Translations under genes and position numbers: made by a program | In this document: one piece after another, positions 56,804-64,000 of the stretch | Layout: the number at the start of each line of letters is the position of its first letter | How positions within the stretch are numbered: the first letter of the stretch is position 1 | Source: Flavobacteriales bacterium | GTDB lineage: Bacteria; Bacteroidota; Bacteroidia; Flavobacteriales_F; PHOS-HE28 | Reading direction: 5' to 3' | DNA: 64,000 bases | Assembly (NCBI GenBank): GCA_016788635.1 | Contig: JAEUSU010000004.1 | Coordinates: forward strand, 37,018-101,017 | Notes under the pieces: model-generated | Seen by the model: the letters and a program-made list of their open reading frames with translations, nothing else | Told to the model about the DNA's origin: nothing | The model's database searches: none

Positions 56804-58633
56804 ATGGCATATCCCATGCGGTTCCGTCTTTTCATCCTGCTCCTGGCCCCGTACTCGACCATTCTTGCGCAATGCGATCGCTGGCAGCAGCGGGTGCGGT
56901 ATGAGATGGATGTGCATCTGGATGTGACCACCCACCGTTACAGTGGCGTGCAGCGGCTGGCATATGTGAACAACAGCCCGGACACGCTCCCCGAGTTGTT
57001 CTTCCATCTTTACTTCAATGCCTTCCAGCCGGTCAGCGAAATGGACGTGCGTTCTCGCACCATCAGCGATCCGGACCCCCGCGTGGCAGACCGCATCGTG
57101 CAACTGAGCCCCGAGGAGCAGGGAAGACTGGCCGTGGAGCGAATGACCATGGATGGGCAGCCCTGCCAGCTGGTCCACCGGCGCACGGTCTTGTGGGTGG
57201 GACTCCCCAAGCCCTTGCTTCCCGGGGCCACAGCCACCTTGGAGCTCGCCTTTGATGGCCAGGTGCCGGTGCAGATCCGCCGCAGCGGGCGCAACAACCG
57301 CGAGGGCATCGCCTATAGCATGACCCAATGGTATCCCAAGGTGGCGGCCTACGATCAGCGGGGATGGCACCCGGACCCCTACGTGGGACGTGAGTTCTAT
57401 GGGCCTTTCGGCGATTGGGAGGTACGCCTGACCCTCGACAGCAGCCATACCGTGGCGGCCACGGGTGAACTGGTGAATGCCGATGCAGTGGGCCATGGCT
57501 ATGCCATCAGGACCTCCGACGCAGCCGCGCGGGGGGGCGAGCTCACCTGGCATTTCAGGGCCGCCAACGTACACGACTTCGCCTGGGCCTCCGACCCGGA
57601 TTATGTGCACGTGATCACGCAGGTGCCGGATGGTCCTTTACTGCGCTTTTTCTACCAGGACAAGCCCGAGGAGAAGGCTGCCTGGAAGAACCTGCCCGGT
57701 CAGATGGTGAAGGCGTTCCAGTACATGAACCAGCGCTTCGGGAAGTACCCATACCCGGTGTATAGCTTCGTGCAGGGAGGCGATGGCGGGATGGAATACC
57801 CCATGCTCACCTTGATCGTGGGGCGCCGCAACCCCGTGGGGGTGAGCGTGCATGAAAGCGTGCACAGCTGGTTCCATGGGGTGCTGGCCAGCAACGAGAA
57901 ACGCTACCCCTGGATGGACGAGGGATTCACCGAATATGCTTCGCACCTGGTCATGCGCGAACTGAACGGGGGGGAAGGCGATCCGCATGCTCCGGCATAC
58001 AAGGGCTACTTTGAATTGGTGCGCTCGGATGCGCATGAGCCCATGAGCCTGCATGCCGATCACTACCGCACCAATTACGGCTACTCCACCACCGCCTACA
58101 ACAAGGGCGAGGTGTTCCTGCATCAGCTCGGATACGTCATCGGTGACAGCACCCTGCAGCGCGGGCTTCGGCGCTATTTCGCCACCTGTCAGTTCAAGCA
58201 CCCGGAACCCCAGGATGTGGAACGCGTCATGGAAAAGGAGAGCGGCCTGGTGCTCGACTGGTACTTCGATGAATGGATCAACACCACCCGCACCGTGGAC
58301 TATGCCGTGGATACCCTTGTGGCCAGCGAAGGCGGCAGCTCCATCGGGCTGCGCAGAAAGGGTGATATGCTGATGCCCATGGATGTGCTGGTGACCACCA
58401 AGGACGGCAAACGGACCTACTACCACATTCCCCTTTCCCTGATGCAAGGGGCCAAGCCGAAAGGGAGTGAGGCCTTCACGTTCGAGGCCCTGGCACCCTG
58501 GCCTTGGACCGACCCGCTCTATTGGATCCAGTTGCCCGTGCCGCCCCGGCAGATCGTGAGTGTGGAAATAGACCCCAGTGAGCGCCTGGCCGATGTGAAT
58601 AGGCTGAATAACATCAAGTCACCAAGACGTTGA
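56804..58633 (+). CDS. Secreted M1-family zinc metallopeptidase (aminopeptidase-N-like)
   Basis: HEXXH-(18)-E gluzincin motif VHESVHSWFHG…WMDEGFTEY; signal peptide MRFRLFILLLAPYSTILAQ (the true start may be the second Met at 56816). Confidence 0.85.
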   Translation: MAYPMRFRLFILLLAPYSTILAQCDRWQQRVRYEMDVHLDVTTHRYSGVQRLAYVNNSPDTLPELFFHLYFNAFQPVSEMDVRSRTISDPDPRVADRIVQLSPEEQGRLAVERMTMDGQPCQLVHRRTVLWVGLPKPLLPGATATLELAFDGQVPVQIRRSGRNNREGIAYSMTQWYPKVAAYDQRGWHPDPYVGREFYGPFGDWEVRLTLDSSHTVAATGELVNADAVGHGYAIRTSDAAARGGELTWHFRAANVHDFAWASDPDYVHVITQVPDGPLLRFFYQDKPEEKAAWKNLPGQMVKAFQYMNQRFGKYPYPVYSFVQGGDGGMEYPMLTLIVGRRNPVGVSVHESVHSWFHGVLASNEKRYPWMDEGFTEYASHLVMRELNGGEGDPHAPAYKGYFELVRSDAHEPMSLHADHYRTNYGYSTTAYNKGEVFLHQLGYVIGDSTLQRGLRRYFATCQFKHPEPQDVERVMEKESGLVLDWYFDEWINTTRTVDYAVDTLVASEGGSSIGLRRKGDMLMPMDVLVTTKDGKRTYYHIPLSLMQGAKPKGSEAFTFEALAPWPWTDPLYWIQLPVPPRQIVSVEIDPSERLADVNRLNNIKSPRR

Positions 58634-58651
58634 TATTCAATTTATTGTGTA

Positions 58652-60445
58652 CTATCTATTAAACTGAAGAGCGAAGGTGCTTCGGTTGCCACGTTCGTCC
58701 GTGACCTCCAGCTTGAATTGGCGCTGTCCGGTCCCCTCGCTGTAGCGGTCGAAGTGGTGGACAAGGGTCTTGTTCTTCGGGTCGTACTCCATCAAGACCC
58801 ACTTCCCATCCAGCGTGGCGGTCCATTTGTCCACCCCGCTCAGGTCATCCGTCACCTTCAGGGTGAATGAACGCCTTCCTTTCATGTCCACACGCAGGTC
58901 CACGTTGGCGATCTTGGGTGCTACGGTATCCACCATCAGGGTGAAGCCGCCGAAAGCCTTGGCCTTGGCCGAGACCCAGCCATTGGCATGGGTGCTGGGC
59001 AGGGCGTTCGGCTTGTTCTTGTGATCGTACCGCACCACCACGGTCTTTCCGATCAGCGCGGCAGACAAGCTATCCGGCCGGATAGATACCTCGCAGGGTA
59101 CGCGGATGGGCACGGAGGTGCTCATGATGCGGTGCAGGGGGGCCACCGCCTTGGGTGGTCGCACTGCCTTTGCATACTGTATCGGCGCATCCTCGAACAG
59201 GGCCCCGGCCGGCACCACGCACTTCACACCCATCTGGCTGAATTGGTTCTCGCGGTCCCAGGCCATGCGGTTGCTGGCGGTGTCCCGCCTGGTCCAGTGC
59301 CGTGCTTTATCCCAAGCCACACCTTTCAGTGTGAAGGCCACCACCGAACGATTGCCGGCCGCATCAATGGCCGTTATGCGGACCTTCCGTTCCGCGCCGG
59401 GGGCCACGGTGATGCGCCCTTGGGCGGGTTCGTTGCCATAGATGCGCAGCTTGTTGTTGGGCAGCTTGTACAAGCGGTGGTAATGCAGGTCGCTGTCCTT
59501 GTGCAGCGCGTAGTCCATGTGAGCGTTCACGTAGCGTTGCAGGTCGAAGTCCACCTCGCTCAGGTCCACGCTGAAGGCTGGTGCGGAATCCACTTCCAGT
59601 TCGATCCGGCGCACGCCGCACGAATTGCTGGAGCCGTCATACCGGTCGATCACGTTCAGGGCAAGGCCGATGGTGCCGAAGACTTCGATAGCACCTTGAT
59701 GTTTCAGGTGGTATCGCCCGCCTGCGCCCTCTGCTCCATACCCCATGGCCTGGCCCGGATAAGGAGCAGTGCGGCTGCTATCGCCCAAAGAATAGGTGCG
59801 GATGCCGCGGATCTCCGGCGGGATGCCGTCGATCAAAGGAAGCCCATGGGCCTGGGGGTCAAGCGCGTGCTGGTCGCGGGTGCGGCGCACTTCGAAATGC
59901 AGGTGGGGAGCGGAAGAGCCACCCGTATTACCGCTCAGGCCGAGTATATCACCGCGCTTTACCGGAACCTCCGCCGGGCCCAGTTCCAGGTCCACTGAAA
60001 AGTCGCGCCGTTTGTACTGGGCATCCAATACCACGTCGGCCAAAGCGCCTTTCAGTTCCTTGAGGTGCGCGTAAACGGTGGTGGTGCCGTCCGGGTGCTG
60101 CACGTACACTGCCTTGCCGTAGCCCCAGGGGCTGATCTTTACGCGGGCCACGAAGCCATCGGCCACCGTGCGCACGGGCAATCCTTCCACACCCTGGGTC
60201 TTGAAGTCGATGCCCGAGTGGAAATGGTCCGACCGAAGCTCCATGAAATTGCCGGACACCAGGAGCGGGATGTCCAATGGCGGCAGCAGGGCGCCGGACG
60301 GCGCTTGTGATCGGGCGCTCAGGCAGAGGAACGATGGGCCGGCGAGCAGGGAAAGAAGGGCATATCTCACGAAGGGCAAACTTGGACGCCCCGGGCTTGG
60401 CGAGGGAACGCGTGGAGCGGAGGGTGTCAACACAGCAGGGTTCAA
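58652..60445 (-). CDS. M23/LytM-family metalloendopeptidase. The probable true start is GTG at 60370, which gives signal peptide MRYALLSLLAGPSFLCLSA.
   Basis: HFHSGIDF and HLHFEV zinc-ligand motifs; long beta-rich C-terminal extension. Confidence 0.8.
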   Translation of the reverse strand: MNPAVLTPSAPRVPSPSPGRPSLPFVRYALLSLLAGPSFLCLSARSQAPSGALLPPLDIPLLVSGNFMELRSDHFHSGIDFKTQGVEGLPVRTVADGFVARVKISPWGYGKAVYVQHPDGTTTVYAHLKELKGALADVVLDAQYKRRDFSVDLELGPAEVPVKRGDILGLSGNTGGSSAPHLHFEVRRTRDQHALDPQAHGLPLIDGIPPEIRGIRTYSLGDSSRTAPYPGQAMGYGAEGAGGRYHLKHQGAIEVFGTIGLALNVIDRYDGSSNSCGVRRIELEVDSAPAFSVDLSEVDFDLQRYVNAHMDYALHKDSDLHYHRLYKLPNNKLRIYGNEPAQGRITVAPGAERKVRITAIDAAGNRSVVAFTLKGVAWDKARHWTRRDTASNRMAWDRENQFSQMGVKCVVPAGALFEDAPIQYAKAVRPPKAVAPLHRIMSTSVPIRVPCEVSIRPDSLSAALIGKTVVVRYDHKNKPNALPSTHANGWVSAKAKAFGGFTLMVDTVAPKIANVDLRVDMKGRRSFTLKVTDDLSGVDKWTATLDGKWVLMEYDPKNKTLVHHFDRYSEGTGQRQFKLEVTDERGNRSTFALQFNR

Positions 60446-60481
60446 ACAAGTACCGGGCCTGAATGAACGGGTGGGTTAACT

Positions 60482-60808
60482 TTGGCGGTGGACTTGGAAC
60501 GGACTGCCGTGAACAGAACCATGGAAACACCCGCACAACGTTTGCGCCAGCTGGCCGGGCGTGTGGAGCAGGTCCTGCGGGAGCGGGACATGCTGCGCGC
60601 CCAGACAGGCCGGATGGAGCAACAGCTGCGCGACGAGCGGCAGACAGCCGCCGTGCTGCGTGCCCGGGTGGAGGAACTGGAGCGGGAGAACGAAGTCCTT
60701 CGCAGTGCCCGGCCATCGACAAGTGGCCCGGGGAATGGTGGAACGATCGCACGCATCGATGACCTGGTGGTCGAGATCGATCGCTGCCTGGCCTTATTGG
60801 AAGCCTGA
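60482..60808 (+). CDS. Coiled-coil protein upstream of zapA (ZapB-like cell-division factor candidate)
   Basis: Heptad-rich (LRERDMLRAQTGRMEQQLRDER…VEELERENEVLR); position immediately upstream of zapA. Start may be ATG 60521. Confidence 0.5.
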   Translation: MAVDLERTAVNRTMETPAQRLRQLAGRVEQVLRERDMLRAQTGRMEQQLRDERQTAAVLRARVEELERENEVLRSARPSTSGPGNGGTIARIDDLVVEIDRCLALLEA

Positions 60809-60819
60809 AGCAACGAACG

Positions 60820-61113
60820 ATGAACGACCACGACGAACTGTCCATCCGTGTGGAGATCGCCGGACGAGCCTATCCGCTCACCGTGGCGCGTCATGAGGAA
60901 CCCCTCGTGCAGCGCACCGCCCAGGAGATCAACGAGAGCATTGCCCGCCTTCGGTCCAACTACCCGTTGACCGACAAGCTGGACCTGCTGGCCATGGCCG
61001 CTTTGGAAGTGGCCTCGCGTGCCAATATCGGGGCGGAGCGCCGCACCGATACCGAACTGCTCGCCGCGTTGGAAGAGCTATCGGCCCTGCTCCCGTCCAC
61101 CGCCGGATCCTGA
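60820..61113 (+). CDS. zapA: Cell division protein ZapA
   Basis: 97 aa; V.I.G..Y.L.…EE…A..…N..…L.…R…D…LAALNLA-type ZapA pattern; followed by rny as in many genomes. Confidence 0.75.
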   Translation: MNDHDELSIRVEIAGRAYPLTVARHEEPLVQRTAQEINESIARLRSNYPLTDKLDLLAMAALEVASRANIGAERRTDTELLAALEELSALLPSTAGS

Positions 61114-61167
61114 TCCCCGGCTGCGAACTTCCCCCGTTCCAAGGCCACGGTTGAACTAAAAAAACAC

Positions 61168-62724
61168 GTGGAAATGGAGACCATTGAACCCATGGGACTG
61201 CTCCTGGGAGCGCTTGCCGGCCTGGTGCTGGGAGGCGGTCTGGTGTATGCCCTGCTGAACAGTCTGTTGAAGAGGCGCCGCGAGAGCGCCCTGCGCGAGG
61301 CAGAGGCCGAAGGAGAGGCCCTGAAAAAGGAGAAACTGGTGCAGGCCAAGGAGAAATTCCTGCAACTGAAGGAAGAGCACGAGAAGGAGGTGCGCGAGCG
61401 AGATCGCAAGATCCAGCAGGGTCAGGAGCGCATCAAACAGCGCGAGCAGCAGCTGGCCCGCCAGCAGCAGGACCTGGCTAACAAGGAGAAGCAGATCGAC
61501 AACCTGAAACGTGACCTGGAGCAGAAACTCGAGGGCATGGAGCGCCGCCGTGAGGAGATGGAGAAGGCGCACCAGAAACAGGTGGGTGTCCTGGAGAAGC
61601 TCAGCGGCCTCAATGCGGAGGATGCCAGGAAACAACTGGTGGAATCGCTGAAGGACGAAGCCCGCACCGCGGCCATGGCCCACATCAAGGAGGCGCAGGA
61701 GGATGCGAAGCTCACGGCCAACAAGGAAGCCAAACGCATCGTCATCCAGACCATCCAGCGGGTGGCCACCGAGCATGCGATCGAGAACGCCGTAAGTGTG
61801 TTCCACATCGAGAACGACGATGTGAAGGGCCGCATCATCGGGCGCGAAGGCCGGAACATCCGCACCCTGGAGGAGGCCACCGGAGTGGAGATCGTGGTGG
61901 ACGACACCCCCGGAGCCATCATCCTGAGCTGCTTCGACCCTGTGCGCCGGGAGATGGCGCGTCTGGCCCTGCACCAGCTGGTGAAGGACGGCCGCATCCA
62001 CCCCGGGCGCATTGAAGAGATCGTGGCCAAGACCAAGCGCCACCTTGAGGAGGAGATCATTGAGACCGGCAAGCGCACCTGCATCGACCTGGGCATCCAC
62101 GGGCTGCACACCGAGCTCATCCGCATGGTGGGCCGCATGAAGTACCGCAGCAGCTATGGGCAGAACCTGCTGCAGCACAGCCGCGAGGTGGCCAACCTCA
62201 GCGCCATCATGGCCGCCGAGCTGGGCCTGAACACCAAGACCGCGAAACGCGCCGGCCTGCTGCACGACATTGGCAAGGTGCCCGATGAAGAGCCCGAACT
62301 GCCGCATGCCCTGCTGGGCATGAAGCTGGCGGAAAAGTTCGGGGAGAAGCCCGATGTGTGCAACGCCATCGGTGCCCACCACGACGAGATCGAGATGACC
62401 ACGCTGCTGAGCCCGATCGTGCAGGCCTGCGATGCGATCAGTGGTGCCCGGCCCGGCGCTCGGCGCGAGGCGGTAGAGGCGTACATCCAGCGCCTGAAGG
62501 ATCTGGAAGGCATGGCCATGAGCTACAACGGTGTCACCAAGGCCTTCGCCATCCAGGCTGGGCGCGAACTGCGCGTGATGGTGGAGAGCGAGAAGATCAC
62601 CGACCAGCAGGCCGATGAGATGAGCATCAGCCTGGCGGAGCGCATCCAGAACGAGATGACCTACCCCGGACAGGTGAAGATCACCGTGATCCGTGAGAAA
62701 CGGTCCGTGGCGGTGGCCAAGTGA
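61168..62724 (+). CDS. rny: Ribonuclease Y
   Basis: N-terminal TM helix, long coiled coil, KH domain ([15 protein letters not shown]), HD domain ([13 protein letters not shown]…LLHDIGK). Confidence 0.95.
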   Translation: MEMETIEPMGLLLGALAGLVLGGGLVYALLNSLLKRRRESALREAEAEGEALKKEKLVQAKEKFLQLKEEHEKEVRERDRKIQQGQERIKQREQQLARQQQDLANKEKQIDNLKRDLEQKLEGMERRREEMEKAHQKQVGVLEKLSGLNAEDARKQLVESLKDEARTAAMAHIKEAQEDAKLTANKEAKRIVIQTIQRVATEHAIENAVSVFHIENDDVKGRIIGREGRNIRTLEEATGVEIVVDDTPGAIILSCFDPVRREMARLALHQLVKDGRIHPGRIEEIVAKTKRHLEEEIIETGKRTCIDLGIHGLHTELIRMVGRMKYRSSYGQNLLQHSREVANLSAIMAAELGLNTKTAKRAGLLHDIGKVPDEEPELPHALLGMKLAEKFGEKPDVCNAIGAHHDEIEMTTLLSPIVQACDAISGARPGARREAVEAYIQRLKDLEGMAMSYNGVTKAFAIQAGRELRVMVESEKITDQQADEMSISLAERIQNEMTYPGQVKITVIREKRSVAVAK

Positions 62725-62752
62725 TGCATAGGACCTGAATTGGAAAGGGACA

Positions 62753-62780
62753 GGGGCGGCGGTTAGCCGCCCCTTTCTTT
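62753..62780 (+). terminator. Intrinsic terminator after rny
   Basis: GGGGCGGC-ggtta-GCCGCCCC followed by TTTCTTT. Confidence 0.75.
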
Positions 62781-62786
62781 GTGCCC

Positions 62787-63470
62787 ATGCCCCAAACACA
62801 AATGCCTGCTCTGCGCGACGTGTTGCAATGGGAGGTGCGCACCTGGTCGCGCGCATTGCCCCTGTGGGCCCGGGACTTGCCTGCGCAGCGCCCTTTGAAG
62901 GCCTTGGCAGTCGGGGAGCGGGAGGGGGGGCTGGCCCTATGGCTGGCCGCGCAGGGGGTCGATGTCACTTGCACCGACCTGAACCCATTCCCAGCGGCCA
63001 TGCGTGCGCTCCACGAACGCTACAAGCTCTCTGAACGCATCACCTACGCACAGGCGGATGTCACGGCATTGGAGTTCCCCAGCGGGACCTTCGATGTGGT
63101 GGTATTCAAGAGCGTGATCGGTGCCCTGGGTTCGAAAGAGCGCCAGGCCGTGGCGATAAAGGAGACGCAGCGGGTGCTCCGCCCAGGGGGAGTGTTGCTT
63201 TTCGCCGAGAATCTCTCCGGGTCTTCGTTGCATGGCTATTTGAGGAAGCGTTTCGTACGCTGGGCCACCTATTGGCGCTACCTCTGCTGGCCTGAGGATG
63301 CCGACCTGTTCTCGTCCTTTTCCCGCGTGGAAGTGGCACGCACCGGCTTGCTCGCCCCCTTCGGCCGCAGCGAATGGCAGCGTGATCTGCTCGCCCGGCT
63401 GGATCGGCTTCTGGAGCTGGTCACACCCGCCGCTTGGCGGACCGTGCTGTATGGTGTGTGCACCAAGTAG
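62787..63470 (+). CDS. Class I SAM-dependent methyltransferase
   Basis: Methyltransferase motif I-like LAVGEREGGLALWLAAQG and post-I/II spacing (DVVVFKSVIG…LRPGGVLLF). ORF-track start is GTG 62781; ATG 62787 chosen. Confidence 0.7.
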   Translation: MPQTQMPALRDVLQWEVRTWSRALPLWARDLPAQRPLKALAVGEREGGLALWLAAQGVDVTCTDLNPFPAAMRALHERYKLSERITYAQADVTALEFPSGTFDVVVFKSVIGALGSKERQAVAIKETQRVLRPGGVLLFAENLSGSSLHGYLRKRFVRWATYWRYLCWPEDADLFSSFSRVEVARTGLLAPFGRSEWQRDLLARLDRLLELVTPAAWRTVLYGVCTK

Positions 63471-63543
63471 CACCTGTTGATAAGCGCTCCATTCATTGCG
63501 AAGGCGGGGCCATGGCCCCGGTAGTTTTGCCGCGTTCCCACCC

Positions 63544-64000
63544 ATGAGCACGGCCCGTCAGCGCAAGAAGATCCTGGTCACTGGTGGCGCGGGTTTCATC
63601 GGTTCGCATGTGTGTGAGGCATTGACCGATGCGGGCCACACGGTGCACTGCCTGGACAACTTCGCCACGGGGAAGCGCGAGAACATCGCGCATCTCGACG
63701 GGCGGAAGAACTTCCGTTTGGTCCCGGCGGACATCCGTGTGTTCACTGAGGTCCGCAAGGCGGTTGAGGGTATGGACGCCGTGGTGCACCTGGCCGCGCT
63801 GGGGTCGGTGCCGCGCTCCATCGCAGAGCCAATGGCTTCCGAGGCAGCCAACCTCACCGGCTTCCTGCATTTGTTGGAAGCGTGCCGGGCTGCCGGTGTG
63901 CATCGGGTGGTCTATGCCAGCAGCTCCAGTGTGTATGGTGACTCCGCCACTCTCCCGAAGCGGGAAGGCACCGAGGGACGGCCGCTTTCACCTTACGCCG
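63544..64000 (+). CDS. NAD-dependent epimerase/dehydratase (UDP-sugar 4-epimerase-like); 3' end truncated by the window edge
   Basis: ATG 63544 followed by KILVTGGAGFIGSHV Rossmann motif and YASSSSVYGD; no stop before position 64000. Confidence 0.8.
   Translation, partial: MSTARQRKKILVTGGAGFIGSHVCEALTDAGHTVHCLDNFATGKRENIAHLDGRKNFRLVPADIRVFTEVRKAVEGMDAVVHLAALGSVPRSIAEPMASEAANLTGFLHLLEACRAAGVHRVVYASSSSVYGDSATLPKREGTEGRPLSPYA

Noticed and set aside
61156-62856. 566-aa minus-strand ORF antisense to rny
   Set aside because: RNase Y KH and HD motifs are on the + strand; the antisense ORF even runs through the rny terminator hairpin.
1-64000. CRISPR arrays, tRNA or rRNA genes, transposases, integrases and IS elements
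   Set aside because: No regularly spaced direct repeats with unique spacers were found, no cloverleaf-compatible intergenic segments were recognised by eye, and no transposase or integrase-like translations appear in any frame. The TA pairs and low-GC insert are the only mobile-like signatures.

Overview
This is a high-GC (~65%) chromosomal segment whose gene content points to a Bacteroidota-like organism. Three proteins end in a type IX secretion (T9SS) C-terminal sorting domain, and a bacillithiol BshC gene is present. Most of the window is core or housekeeping: prfC, bshC, guaA, queE, rarA, recA, tsaD, tamB, ribBA, zapA, rny, a paaABC(D)G/paaE phenylacetyl-CoA oxygenase cluster, cyanophycin synthetase, M1 and M23 peptidases, and TPR, LysM and OmpA envelope proteins. 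No rRNA, tRNA, CRISPR array, transposase or integrase was recognised. The most unusual locus lies at about 49.3-56.8 kb. It holds a 776-aa E1-like (ThiF) plus SagB-type nitroreductase fusion protein. That gene is translationally coupled to an uncharacterised 252-aa protein and followed in the same orientation by a 7TMR-DISM sensor kinase and a REC-PAS-kinase hybrid. An orphan REC paralog lies upstream on the opposite strand. No YcaO-type protein and no obvious precursor-peptide gene are present, so this resembles an orphan, uncharacterised peptide or small-molecule modification module wired to a two-component system. Other accessory features are two type II toxin-antitoxin pairs (a DUF6364-like antitoxin with a PIN toxin between rarA and recA, and hicBA inside the paa operon), a low-GC lipoprotein gene inserted in the paa operon, and two highly structured intergenic repeats inside the paa operon (heptamer GGTTGGR tandem repeats forming a palindrome, and overlapping 12-15 bp inverted repeats). 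A long-range helix plus U-tract precedes queE. The high GC produces many long antisense ORFs, which were rejected.
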